DNA of 64,000 bases from a virus, in IMG/VR virus record IMGVR_UViG_3300010885_081999, positions 1 to 64,000 of that record; one strand, 5' to 3'. The stretch's first letter is position 1. Each line of letters begins with the position of its first letter. The notes below the pieces were generated by a model. It made no database searches. It was not told the DNA's origin and saw only the letters and a program-made list of their open reading frames with translations. The translations under genes were made by a program, and so were the position numbers. Positions 46,765 to 56,123 of the stretch are shown piece by piece.

Positions 46765-46776
46765 TGTAGTCGTCCT

Positions 46777-47235
46777 TTACTTCTTCCTTGTTGCCTTGAA
46801 ATCCGCAGTCGCCTTGCCTGTGGGTTGGAATTTCTGACCGAAGCCGGCCTTCCACAGCATGCCTGTGGCCGTCTCGGCGTAGTAGAAGTCGCCGTCCCTG
46901 AAGAACTTCACGAGCTTGTTCTTCTTTGCCTCTGCAGGAGTCGTCCTCGTCGCACCGAATGCCTGCTCCGCGGGCACCGGTTGGAGCCTCTGACCCAGAG
47001 GAGTCGTCGCGACGTACTCATCGCGACGATTCTTGCGTAGCGTCTCGGCAGCTCGGGCTGCGGCCACGACGAGGTCAAGTTGCTCGTCGTCGATATCATC
47101 GAGAGAAGATACACCAAAGAGGCTGAGAAGCGGCGTCTCGTCGACTCTCGCGCCGTATTTGTCCTTGATGACCTCAGTGATAGAAGTCATTTCTTCTTTG
47201 ATGATCCTGCGAAGTTGTGTTGCTGTGAGTTTCAT
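46777..47235 (-). CDS. Leader-tagged hypothetical protein
   Basis: MKLTATQLRRIIKEEMTSITE. Confidence 0.75.
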   Translation of the reverse strand: MKLTATQLRRIIKEEMTSITEVIKDKYGARVDETPLLSLFGVSSLDDIDDEQLDLVVAAARAAETLRKNRRDEYVATTPLGQRLQPVPAEQAFGATRTTPAEAKKNKLVKFFRDGDFYYAETATGMLWKAGFGQKFQPTGKATADFKATRKK

Positions 47236-47237
47236 CG

Positions 47238-47483
47238 TCACCACCGGCTCCCTCTACGGCCGTAACTTCCGCCTGAGCTTCCGCCCTCAAAGGGAGTCGC
47301 CTCCCCGTCCTCGAGCCACGAGTATTCGGGGCTCTCAGCAGAGTCGAAGTACTCCTCATTGCCCTCGTCGTCCACGAGGTATAGCTCAGTGCCGCGGCGC
47401 ACGATCGACTGTTCGTGCTCGAGCAGCACCTTCTGCAGTTCTTCTTTGATGATACGGCGGAGTTGTGTCGTTGTGATCTTCAT
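47238..47483 (-). CDS. Leader-tagged hypothetical protein
   Basis: MKITTTQLRRIIKEELQKVLLE. Confidence 0.75.
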   Translation of the reverse strand: MKITTTQLRRIIKEELQKVLLEHEQSIVRRGTELYLVDDEGNEEYFDSAESPEYSWLEDGEATPFEGGSSGGSYGRRGSRW

Positions 47484-48037
47484 TGCGGTAGCACCCTTTG
47501 CTTCAGTAGATATACGTGTCCTTCGTGCTTGTCCTCGATGCCCTGTAGCATGTTGTCGAGGCCACGCGTCATCGTGCCGCACTCCTTAAGGAGCTCGGCG
47601 AGGTGGGACATCACCTTCAAGAAGTTCATCTCGGCGAGATACGACCGCTTCGCGAGCTCGGTGGGCTGCGGGATGGTCGACGTCATGCCGTATCCCTGGA
47701 CGAGTTTCATGAGCTGTGAAGTGACGAGGACGAGGTCCACACACGCGGTGGAGCCGAGACCGATCGACTTCTCGGCGACTGTGTCGACGTCCTCGACTGT
47801 CGCCTCGTGGATGCGCTGAAAGAGGAGGTGATCACCGTAGAAAGGATCACCCTTCGTGATCCAGTGGTGGTTCTGGTGCACCGCCGCGAGGAACTTGAGG
47901 TGGACGAGAGCCACCGAGAGCTGTGCATAGGGCGTGGATCCCCACTGTGCGACCATGTTGTCGGTCATGATGTCGAGGTTCGGCTCGACGACGATCGCCA
48001 TCTCGAGAGTCTCTGAAAGCCTTCTCTTTGTCATCAC
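47480..48037 (-). CDS. Dps/ferritin-like protein
   Basis: HQNHHWITKGDPFYGDHLLF...DTVAEK ferroxidase pattern. Confidence 0.82.
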   Translation of the reverse strand: MMTKRRLSETLEMAIVVEPNLDIMTDNMVAQWGSTPYAQLSVALVHLKFLAAVHQNHHWITKGDPFYGDHLLFQRIHEATVEDVDTVAEKSIGLGSTACVDLVLVTSQLMKLVQGYGMTSTIPQPTELAKRSYLAEMNFLKVMSHLAELLKECGTMTRGLDNMLQGIEDKHEGHVYLLKQRVLPQ

Positions 48038-49182
48038 TTCAGCTCCAAGTTAAAGCCAACGAGGTCCACGCCAAGGGGATGAGGTCCCCACGTGATCCTG
48101 TACGGTTCGCCACGCAGCGACTGCTGGTTGTTCCAATGCGACACATAAGCGTCGAGAGCCTTCTCGGCTTTCGCATCGAAGCCACCCGGAACGGATGCCT
48201 TGACGGGCACGAGAGTCTCGGAGTTTCGGCCCTCGCCGATCCGATACTTCTTGATGCCTGCTGGAACCGTCGACTTGCGGACGGAGAATATCTTCTCCGC
48301 CTTCTCGATGTACTCTGAGGACGAGAGCGACGCCTCGAGGAGGTCTGCGACGGGATTCGCTGGTACTTCGATGACGGGCATCACGGCCTCGTCGAGGTGT
48401 GCCTCGGACCGAAGCCGGCGGACGATCGACATCAGCGATCCTTCACCGAGGACCTCCTTGTCGCGGTCCTCGATGCACTTGTATATCGCCTTGAGAAGCT
48501 TCTCTCTGTCCACCTTCACGCCTGAAGTGGCGTAGTGCGAGGCGGAGACCCGAGTCGCGAGGATCTCTTCCCACTGTCCCTCCAGGTTGGTGCCGTATTC
48601 CTTGCACAGCTTGTGTGCGAGCCTCTCGTACCAAGTGTCGGGCAGGTCCTTCAGGGGATCGGGAGACTTGACTGCGTCGCCGAGCGGGCCGTCGCCGTAC
48701 ATGTCGAAGGGCTCGTCCTGGGTCTTCGGCGTCGGAAGTCCTCCTTCTGCGAGGCGCTTCTCACGGGCGATCGAACGAAGCTGATCGTCACCGGGATTCA
48801 TCTTGACGGCCTCCTTCACGAGGGAGAGGGGGAGGCGGCGTGCAGCGGCACATCTCACGGAAGACGCTGCGTCTTCGAGGAGCCTGGCTGCGTGTCTCTC
48901 TGGAAGGAGACGGGCTGCGACCTTGCGGAGGACGACGGACTTGCTCGATGCCGCCTCGATGAGGACGGTGGTCTTTATCGCGGTGCGGTTGACTCCTCGT
49001 CCCGTGGACTCGAGGAGGTCGAGTTGTTCGATGGCGGCCTCTGCGACTTTCTCGCAGTTGCTTGAGACCATCACCGGAGGCCCAAATACTCTGAAAAGCT
49101 CGTCGCGAAGTGCGGTTCTGCTCTTCTCTTCTCTAATTGTGTTCTTCGCTACTCGCTGCAGCTCTTGAAGCTTCAGATGCAT
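48034..49182 (-). CDS. Leader-like protein with HEAT-like repeats
   Basis: LQELQRVAKNTIREE; LRKVAARLLP / VRCAAARRLP. Confidence 0.65.
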   Translation of the reverse strand: MHLKLQELQRVAKNTIREEKSRTALRDELFRVFGPPVMVSSNCEKVAEAAIEQLDLLESTGRGVNRTAIKTTVLIEAASSKSVVLRKVAARLLPERHAARLLEDAASSVRCAAARRLPLSLVKEAVKMNPGDDQLRSIAREKRLAEGGLPTPKTQDEPFDMYGDGPLGDAVKSPDPLKDLPDTWYERLAHKLCKEYGTNLEGQWEEILATRVSASHYATSGVKVDREKLLKAIYKCIEDRDKEVLGEGSLMSIVRRLRSEAHLDEAVMPVIEVPANPVADLLEASLSSSEYIEKAEKIFSVRKSTVPAGIKKYRIGEGRNSETLVPVKASVPGGFDAKAEKALDAYVSHWNNQQSLRGEPYRITWGPHPLGVDLVGFNLELK

Positions 49183-49230
49183 GTTGAATAGACTCCTTTG
49201 CGTAAGTATCCGACAAGGAGTAAATCATAA

Positions 49231-49419
49231 TCACTTAGAGGACAATTTCATGTCCTTTGCCCATGCCCTGATCTTCTTCTTCGCCCAGTTGGGGACATAG
49301 ACGCTGTCCTCTTCGAAGGCAGGATCGTCCATGAGCTCCATGGTATAGGTCTCGTCAGGCTGTGATCCTCCGAAGACCTTCCTCACTGTCTCGCGTAGTT
49401 GTCCTATCGTCATCCTCAT
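49231..49419 (-). CDS. Small leader-like hypothetical protein
   Basis: MRMTIGQLRETVRK; ATACTTA 6 nt upstream. Confidence 0.6.
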   Translation of the reverse strand: MRMTIGQLRETVRKVFGGSQPDETYTMELMDDPAFEEDSVYVPNWAKKKIRAWAKDMKLSSK

Positions 49420-49952
49420 GACTGGTAAGTATCGCTTCCGAAGAAAGCAGTCCAGTCGGGATGCCACGTGTGGTGAGGATTGTACTCCCAGAAGTGGAGT
49501 ACGCTAGGATCTGTCGGGTTCTTTCGAAGCTGCATTCCGACCTCCGACAGCGTCCGAGACCCCTTCTTCCAGTTGCACCGCTTGCACGACGCGACGCAGT
49601 TCTTCCAGTTAGTCGGTCCGCCTCTGGATCGCGGCATGACGTGGTCGATCGTGATCGTCTTCTGGTCGAGCTTGATGCCGCAGTACTGACACTGCCAGTT
49701 GTCACGATTGAACAACACCCACTTCCTGAAGCGAGGCGCGGTGTACTTCCTGTTGACTCTCTCGAGGAGTCGAAGAGTCGCAGGCATCTCGAACGACCTC
49801 GAGGGTGAGGACACCCTCTCGTTCCACAGACTTGGCCTCTCGCTCATCGAGATGACCTCGGCACGTCCCTTGAAGATGAGGTTGAGGGCTCTGAAGCCCG
49901 ACACGAAGTTGAGAGGCGACCAATCTGCGTTGAGGAGGAGTACTCTGTTCAT
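49416..49952 (-). CDS. HNH endonuclease (McrA-like)
   Basis: VLLLNAD..PL, RDNWQCQYCG, TIDHVMPRSRGG and NCVASCKRCN. Confidence 0.88.
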   Translation of the reverse strand: MNRVLLLNADWSPLNFVSGFRALNLIFKGRAEVISMSERPSLWNERVSSPSRSFEMPATLRLLERVNRKYTAPRFRKWVLFNRDNWQCQYCGIKLDQKTITIDHVMPRSRGGPTNWKNCVASCKRCNWKKGSRTLSEVGMQLRKNPTDPSVLHFWEYNPHHTWHPDWTAFFGSDTYQS

Positions 49953-50905
49953 GACATCATCTTGAAGTCGAAGAAGACCTCGCCGGTATCCGCGTCTACG
50001 TGAGTGATGGCACCGATGGGAATCGGGCTCGTGTGAGGACCATGTGAGAAGCTGTAGCCGTACGTGCAAGGAACACCTGCACCGAAGTATTCGAGTATGA
50101 CGTCCTCCACGGAGGGCACCTTGGGATCTGTCCTGCAGTCGACGTCCTCGAACTCTCCGATCACGACGGCGGAGAGGCACGTGTAGAAGCCTGCGAGGCG
50201 AAGATGGAGAAGCTCACGTGAGATCTCTTCGCCGCCCTTGTGGACGTCCTCGATGAACAAGACCTTCCCACCGGGATCTGGCATGTATGGGGTTCCGATG
50301 AGATGCACGAAGGTGTCCATGTTGCCTCCCACGGCGATGCCGACCGCGGAGCCCGGCGACACCACCCTGGGAAAGTGAGGATTGAAGTCGAAGGGACGAG
50401 AGCCCCACACCTGATCGGACTTCAGCAGCTCCAGCGTCAGCTTGAAGGACTCAGAGTCTGCCTCGCGGATCTTCCGCCCCTTGTCGAGCCTTATCGACGG
50501 TGTCTGGGCATTGAAGCTGATGAGACCCGATTTCGAGAGGATGCCCGTGTTGATGGCGGTGAGGTCGGACATCCCGACGAAGGCCTTGCGAGATGCACGA
50601 ATCGTGTCGTAGTCGAGGTAGGGAAGGAGCGCCGCACTTCCCTCGCCGCCCACCGCGCCGATCACACCTGCGACGCTGGGATTCGAGAAGGCCCAGTTGA
50701 GCTCGTCGACCCTGTCCTTGACGGAGGCAGCATGGGCTGCCGTGGTCTTCAACGACTTGACGCAAGGACCGAGAACGGGTTCGAGTCCGCACTCTCTGAT
50801 GATGTCTATGCCTGCCTGAACCTCATCTGTGATGATAGGACCGGAAGGTGCCACGATCGCGACTCTTGAACCCGAACGCAATCGCTTAGGTGAGATGATG
50901 TTCAT
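49949..50905 (-). CDS. LD-carboxypeptidase (S66, LdcA/MccF family)
   Basis: IVAPS, GMSDLT (Ser), FIEDV (Glu), FSHG (His) and PIG. Confidence 0.85.
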   Translation of the reverse strand: MNIISPKRLRSGSRVAIVAPSGPIITDEVQAGIDIIRECGLEPVLGPCVKSLKTTAAHAASVKDRVDELNWAFSNPSVAGVIGAVGGEGSAALLPYLDYDTIRASRKAFVGMSDLTAINTGILSKSGLISFNAQTPSIRLDKGRKIREADSESFKLTLELLKSDQVWGSRPFDFNPHFPRVVSPGSAVGIAVGGNMDTFVHLIGTPYMPDPGGKVLFIEDVHKGGEEISRELLHLRLAGFYTCLSAVVIGEFEDVDCRTDPKVPSVEDVILEYFGAGVPCTYGYSFSHGPHTSPIPIGAITHVDADTGEVFFDFKMMS

Positions 50906-50913
50906 GTCGTTAA

Positions 50914-51720
50914 CTATCCTTGGATCTCGACCTTTTCGTTCGAGCCGAAGCGGGTCCTCATCACGTCGATTGCATGCTGACTTTCGTCGCACACGATGAA
51001 ATTTCGACCTGTCTGTAGGGCGGCGTCGGCCGTCGTGCCGCTGCCTGCGAAAGGATCCACGACGAGCTCGCCGGCGTTCGAGGATGCGAGCACTGCCCTC
51101 TTCACGAGTTTCACGGGTTTCTGATTGGGATATCCCAAGCGTTCCTTCGAGGCGGTACCGACGATAGACATCGACCAGACATCGGTAGGTACCTGACCCT
51201 CCATTATCCTCTTCTCGGCTTCCTCACGAGTCCGGCCGACGTACTGTAGTTCCGGGGCTGCATAGGGCACCCTATCGATGTCGCCCCAGTTGAAGGTGTG
51301 TCGACCCTTCTTCTTGACGTAGACGAGGATGTTGTCATGCTTCGTGGGCCACTTGTCCTTTCCGCGACCGCCGAAGTTATACGACCACACGACGTCGTTG
51401 AGGAAGTTCTCCATTCCGAAGATCTCGTCGCACATCACCTTCGCATAGTGGACCCAGCGCCAGTCCAGGTGAAGGTAGAGAGTTCCTGTCTCCTTGAGGA
51501 CCCTGTGCATGTCTCTCAGGTGAGGCTCCAAGAAATCGAGATAATCTTCGTACTTATCACAGTATTGTATTTTGGAGACTATGTTGCCGAGTTTGCGGCG
51601 AGCCATTGTCTGCATGTCACCCGTCCCAAACGGTGGGTCGGTATAGATCATGTCGACAGAGTCGGTCTGGAGCGACTCGAGAAGCTCCGACGCCCTGCAC
51701 CGACGTATCGTGCCGCTCAT
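50914..51720 (-). CDS. DNA methyltransferase (N6A/N4C, beta class)
   Basis: DPPF, YPNQKP and DPFAGSGTT. Confidence 0.9.
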   Translation of the reverse strand: MSGTIRRCRASELLESLQTDSVDMIYTDPPFGTGDMQTMARRKLGNIVSKIQYCDKYEDYLDFLEPHLRDMHRVLKETGTLYLHLDWRWVHYAKVMCDEIFGMENFLNDVVWSYNFGGRGKDKWPTKHDNILVYVKKKGRHTFNWGDIDRVPYAAPELQYVGRTREEAEKRIMEGQVPTDVWSMSIVGTASKERLGYPNQKPVKLVKRAVLASSNAGELVVDPFAGSGTTADAALQTGRNFIVCDESQHAIDVMRTRFGSNEKVEIQG

Positions 51721-52502
51721 CGCTTCCTCTTGCCGTTTCTCAGTGCCTCGACGGCCTCGTCGAACATCTTCGTGTCTCGCTCGACGCAGATCCAGCGCCT
51801 GTCCAGCTTCCTCGCGGCGAAGGCAGCAGTCATGGATCCTGCGAAGGGATCGAGGACCCAGTCGCCCGGGTTCGTGTTCGCCTCGATGGGAATCTCGTAC
51901 ACCTTCAGCGGCTTCTGTGTCGGATGGACCTTGCCGCTGAAGATCTCCGTGGTGTCCATCCACACGTTGGTTCGACGGTAGAACTCGCTCTTCGCCGGGT
52001 ATTTGGCGTTGTAGCCGGCGTAGCCTCTCTTCGTCTCGAGGTACGGCACGTTAAAGACTGCAGGCTTCTTGACGTTTCCCTTCACGAGGTAGAGTACGTC
52101 CTCCCGCGTTGCGAGGTAGTTGTGTTGAACTCCGTACGCCCTCTTCTTCGACCACGTGATGATGTTCGCCATGCGGAGAGGTGTCTCACCCTCGAGACGT
52201 GCAGCATATTCGAAAAACGGCCTGAATCCCGGCACGCCGTAGCCACCCCAGACATAGAACGCCCCTCCGTCCACGAGAAGGTCCGTGTAGGAATTGGTCC
52301 AGCCCATCATCCAGTCGACGAAGGCCTTCTGACCCTTGTTCCACTTGTCCCATTCTTCATCGATGATGTTTCCGTAGGGAGGGTCGGTGACGACGAGGTG
52401 GGAAAGCTTGTCGCCCATTCTGGACTTCACCTCATCGAGGACGTCCTGTTGTGTACAGTCACCGTTGATGGCGACGCCATCGTTGAAAACTTCGACTCTC
52501 AT
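51717..52502 (-). CDS. DNA methyltransferase (N6A/N4C, beta class)
   Basis: DPPY, HPTQKP and DPFAGS. Confidence 0.9.
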   Translation of the reverse strand: MRVEVFNDGVAINGDCTQQDVLDEVKSRMGDKLSHLVVTDPPYGNIIDEEWDKWNKGQKAFVDWMMGWTNSYTDLLVDGGAFYVWGGYGVPGFRPFFEYAARLEGETPLRMANIITWSKKRAYGVQHNYLATREDVLYLVKGNVKKPAVFNVPYLETKRGYAGYNAKYPAKSEFYRRTNVWMDTTEIFSGKVHPTQKPLKVYEIPIEANTNPGDWVLDPFAGSMTAAFAARKLDRRWICVERDTKMFDEAVEALRNGKRKR

Positions 52503-52552
52503 GTGCCTCTCATCGTCATTATAGTCAACGCGGCTTCGATGTTCAGATCCTG

Positions 52553-53416
52553 TCAAGGCAGCTGGATCGTGCCAATCATGCGAGGATTTCCGTACTCCGC
52601 CCCGCCGACGTGACAGAACAAGTTCTCCTCGATCTGATCGTCGAACTGTCCGTGGGTGTGGCCACAGAACACCTCGAACCTCGTCTGAGGGTTTGCTGCA
52701 GCGACATCAGTCAATGCGTCGCCCATCAGCTTCGAAGTGTACCACGGCATCGCCGCGGCGGAACCCGATTTCCCGTTGTGACGATGCACTTGTGGAAAAG
52801 GCGGGACATGCGTGAGGACGATCACTATCCGATGATCGCGAGCAGCAGCAGATGCGACTTCTCTCACGTGCTCTGCGGCCTCGAACGAGGCCTTCCTGGA
52901 GATCGAGACGATGTTTCCAATGGAGAAGTTCGCTAGCGGTAGAAGACGGGCCCAGGGAAGTCCCGTGGAACCCGCATTGACGTAGTCCTCGATCTTGTGC
53001 CAGTCCGTCATGACGATGTTGGAACGGGCGACATCTCCCCAGTAAGCATCGTACCAACCGTCGTGGCCCACCACGGCAGTGTTCTCCGTGAGCGAAACGT
53101 GTCTTTCGTTGGTGAGATACCGAAGGTTCTTGGAGTCCTTGCAAAGGGAAACGACTTCACCCCTCACTCTCTCGAAAGATCCACCGTAGAAATCGTGGTT
53201 GCCGAGGACGAAATAGATGGGTTTGTCCACGACCGAATCGAGTATCCTGAGATGGCGAACGATGTCGTTTGCCAAGGAGATGTCACCTGTCAAGAAGACG
53301 CCGTCCACGCCAGAATTCGACAGAGGACGTGCGAATTCCTCGTGGACCCGCCCGGTTTCGTTGGGACCGTCGATGAAATCGAGATGGATGTCGGTGCACC
53401 ATGCGAATTTCTTCAC
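52553..53416 (-). CDS. Calcineurin-like metallophosphoesterase
   Basis: DIH, GD, GNHD, THVPP and GHTH. Confidence 0.88.
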   Translation of the reverse strand: MKKFAWCTDIHLDFIDGPNETGRVHEEFARPLSNSGVDGVFLTGDISLANDIVRHLRILDSVVDKPIYFVLGNHDFYGGSFERVRGEVVSLCKDSKNLRYLTNERHVSLTENTAVVGHDGWYDAYWGDVARSNIVMTDWHKIEDYVNAGSTGLPWARLLPLANFSIGNIVSISRKASFEAAEHVREVASAAARDHRIVIVLTHVPPFPQVHRHNGKSGSAAAMPWYTSKLMGDALTDVAAANPQTRFEVFCGHTHGQFDDQIEENLFCHVGGAEYGNPRMIGTIQLP

Positions 53417-53898
53417 TTCGTGGTTCCTGTAGTCCAGCGTTGAGCCCGCTTCTTTTCATACTCCTCACGGCAAGGAGCACAGAGGGTTCTGATCCAGCCG
53501 TCGTTGGACGACTTTCCTGGGTTGCCGCATTCCTCACAGAGCTTGTATGACATCGCCTCAGTCATTCGAATCATGCCGTGCACCTCTTCGTCAGCATATC
53601 CGACGTAGAAGCGAAGGCCTCCGAACTTCTCCTTCACCTGTGCGGCGACGACCTGAAGGTCTTCCTCGGGCACGAGGTCTTCTTCTTTGACCTCGCCCCG
53701 GGCGTGAGCATACTTTTGTCTGCTGATCTTTTGATCGACGTGTTGCTGGATCTGGTAACAAAGGGTGTCGATCAGGTCGTACCAGCCGTCGGCGCATGAA
53801 AATCCCCAGCACATGCAGGTCGCTTGTGGAGAACCGTTTCGGTCACGAAAGATCTTGGGATACTTCTCGCAGAGCTGTGCGTCTTTCTCGGGAGTCAT
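53413..53898 (-). CDS. Conserved phage protein with C-terminal Zn ribbon
   Basis: GW, QVKEKFGGLRFY and CEECG...WIRTLC. Confidence 0.75.
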   Translation of the reverse strand: MTPEKDAQLCEKYPKIFRDRNGSPQATCMCWGFSCADGWYDLIDTLCYQIQQHVDQKISRQKYAHARGEVKEEDLVPEEDLQVVAAQVKEKFGGLRFYVGYADEEVHGMIRMTEAMSYKLCEECGNPGKSSNDGWIRTLCAPCREEYEKKRAQRWTTGTTK

Positions 53899-53973
53899 AG
53901 AATCATGATATACCAAACAGTGTCAGTTATACACTGAGTGAAGAAATATCGAGATCGTTGCGGCAAAACAAGA

Positions 53974-54002
53974 GTGCCTCTGAGCGGGGTACTCAGAGGC
54001 AC
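53974..54002 (-). terminator. Intrinsic terminator
   Basis: GTGCCTCTGAG-N7-CTCAGAGGCAC followed by a T-rich tract on the minus strand. Confidence 0.7.
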
Positions 54003-54007
54003 ATCTG

Positions 54008-55195
54008 TCAGGCAGCGATCTTAATCGCGTCCAGATCGTCAAGTGCTGCAAGAATCTTGGCGATGGATCCCTCGTCTGCCTCGGGTCCAACTGCCTTCTT
54101 GACGTCTTCTAGCGCTGCGCCGTATTTTTTCTTGGCTTCTTCGGCAGCTTCTTTGGCCTTTTCGTCGCTCTTGCCTATGTTCTTGAGGTCTACGCCTGCA
54201 TCTTTAGCTGCCTTCTCGATAGCCTCGGGCTTCTTCTCGCCGATCTTCGCAATGACTCCTTCGAGTCCTATGTCGCCGATCTGCTTCTCGAGCTCATCCA
54301 CATTTATCTTCAAGGCTTTGGCAAGGTTTTCTCTGAAGCCGTCGTACATCGCTGTCTTCTGCTGAAGACCCTTGGCAAGGTCTTCTGCCTCTTCTTTCCA
54401 ATTGTGATCGTCTTCTGTCAACAAGCCTCTTCTGCCGCCGAAGCCTGCAAGCTGCTGCCACCTCTCAATGATTCTTTTCCCTCTTTCTTGAGAGGCACCG
54501 ACTTCTTTCGCCGCCTTGAGCAAGTCTTTGGCGTTAGGTCTGAAGATGCCTTCCGCCACAAGATGTCCAGACTTCATCAGCGCTTGGATGACTTGCGAAG
54601 TCAACTTGACATCCGTCCCTGTTTGCTTTGAGATGGATTTAGCAAGAACTTCTGTGGCTTTTTCGGGAGTGACCTTCTTTTCTTCAGCATCAGCAAGTGC
54701 TTTGTCGGGATCTATGTTCGCTGCCTGCGCAGCGCTTCTGACAAGAGCAGGAGTCGCCTGTTCTGGCTTGCCAGGATCGATTGCTGTGCCTGGCTTTGGC
54801 CCGCCAGATTCACCCTTGTCTCCGCCCTCGCCGCCTGTGGGCTTCGCAGAAGCGACTGCGGCGGGATCCACGCCGGCACCATCCAGGACTCCTTTGAGGA
54901 ATTCATTCACGACTCCTTCGTCAACGCCTGCTTTTGACGCAACGTCCTTGAGATCCTTCACCGCCTTGGTGATGTTGTCCTTGGCAGTGGCGAAGAGCTT
55001 CTGGTTCGCTTTGTCCTTGAAGAGCTTACCAAGATCAGCACCTACTTCCATGCCGCCTCCGAGAAATGCCTTGACCTTGTCAAGGAATCCCAGCTCGAGG
55101 AGCATGTCGTACTGCCTGTTGCTGATATTGCCTTCAAGAAGTTGCGTGTAAAGCTTGTACTTCAGTGCAGCGTTATTCATTGCGTGTTTCCTCAT
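54008..55195 (-). CDS. Ala/Lys-rich putative virion-internal protein
   Basis: Multiple LLE/LTE sites, internal IERWQQLAG, ATACTTA upstream. Confidence 0.7.
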   Translation of the reverse strand: MRKHAMNNAALKYKLYTQLLEGNISNRQYDMLLELGFLDKVKAFLGGGMEVGADLGKLFKDKANQKLFATAKDNITKAVKDLKDVASKAGVDEGVVNEFLKGVLDGAGVDPAAVASAKPTGGEGGDKGESGGPKPGTAIDPGKPEQATPALVRSAAQAANIDPDKALADAEEKKVTPEKATEVLAKSISKQTGTDVKLTSQVIQALMKSGHLVAEGIFRPNAKDLLKAAKEVGASQERGKRIIERWQQLAGFGGRRGLLTEDDHNWKEEAEDLAKGLQQKTAMYDGFRENLAKALKINVDELEKQIGDIGLEGVIAKIGEKKPEAIEKAAKDAGVDLKNIGKSDEKAKEAAEEAKKKYGAALEDVKKAVGPEADEGSIAKILAALDDLDAIKIAA

Positions 55196-55217
55196 CAGAA
55201 CTAAGTATCTTGCAATC

Positions 55218-55260
55218 AAAAAAAGAAAGCGACAGGAGTACAGAAGAGCCCCTGTCGCTT
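55218..55260 (-). terminator. Intrinsic terminator after hsp20
   Basis: AAGCGACAGG...CCTGTCGCTT with a T run on the minus strand. Confidence 0.7.
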
Positions 55261-55280
55261 CGGTATCGTATCTGTGATTT

Positions 55281-55664
55281 CTACTTCAGTTTGATCTCAA
55301 TGTTCTTGACTGACGCAGCTGCCGTCTTCTTGAACGATAGGGTCAGGACTCCGTCCTCAAGCGAGGCATCAGCAGTGTCAGCGTCGTATTCTCTAGAGAG
55401 TCGATAGGTGTGCTTGAAGTCTTCTCCTCGAAGCTTGCCGGTCACCTTCACGTCCCTCCCCGTGACCTGCACGGAAAGGTCAGTCGATTTGACGCCGGGA
55501 AGATCGATCGACAGTCTGAGTCCTGAGTCAGTGGCTTCTGTGCGATATGCCGACGACGTCCATTTCTTCGATCTCGACGCTGTCCCATAGTAGTCGTCGA
55601 AGAGGCGAAAAGTGTCGAAGAGGTCGGGTGTCTTCAGCATCGAATCGTAGTAATTGACAAGCAT
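55281..55664 (-). CDS. Small heat-shock protein (Hsp20)
   Basis: DLPGV...V.G...ASLEDGVLTL...IEI. Confidence 0.88.
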   Translation of the reverse strand: MLVNYYDSMLKTPDLFDTFRLFDDYYGTASRSKKWTSSAYRTEATDSGLRLSIDLPGVKSTDLSVQVTGRDVKVTGKLRGEDFKHTYRLSREYDADTADASLEDGVLTLSFKKTAAASVKNIEIKLK

Positions 55665-55838
55665 GACGTTTCTTTCTCCTTTGTTCTGACGAGGTTGTCT
55701 CCTCGTTGGAATGCAAGATAATCACCTCGCGGAAGGAGGTAACCCCTCGAGAGAAAACTTTTTACTCGTCGTCGTCCATTACGAAGAATCTTACGTAGAA
55801 CAACACGGAAAACATGCACACGAGAACGATGAAGGAGA

Positions 55839-56078
55839 TCACACGAAGAACTTGCCTCTCAGGTCCTTCTTCTCGGCGGCCTCTGATTCGTACTTCTTGT
55901 GCATGTCCTCGACCGACTTGACGTACTCGGGATCCAGAGTGAGACAGTTCTCTTCTGTCTTGTCCTCTACGAGGCGAACTTGACGAAAGAGGTCAGCGCC
56001 ATCGATCCCAAAGATGACGGCTTCTTGAAAGATCTGGATCATGCGCATCGCGACGGCGTCTGAAATCTTGTAGCTCAT
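55839..56078 (-). CDS. Hypothetical protein
   Basis: 79 aa; AGGAG SD. Confidence 0.65.
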   Translation of the reverse strand: MSYKISDAVAMRMIQIFQEAVIFGIDGADLFRQVRLVEDKTEENCLTLDPEYVKSVEDMHKKYESEAAEKKDLRGKFFV

Positions 56079-56123
56079 TGGTAAACTCCTGTGTGTCGAT
56101 ACTACACTGTTGACGATTTTCGG

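Noticed and set aside
46720-47483. ~45-nt repeats as a CRISPR-like array
   Set aside because: Repeats are degenerate at third codon positions, sit at gene starts and are separated by 200-450 nt of coding sequence; no cas genes
50770-50795. GGTTCGAGTCC T-arm-like motif (tRNA)
   Set aside because: Lies inside the LD-carboxypeptidase CDS; no cloverleaf or acceptor stem
49416-52502. HNH + methyltransferases as a restriction-modification system
   Set aside because: The HNH gene is separated from the MTases by the peptidase and its own promoter and belongs to a widespread stand-alone family; nothing links them
55665-55838. RNA thermometer or CIRCE-type element upstream of hsp20
   Set aside because: An ACGAGG/CCTCGT hairpin exists but lies upstream of the SD without occluding it; no CIRCE or ROSE consensus seen
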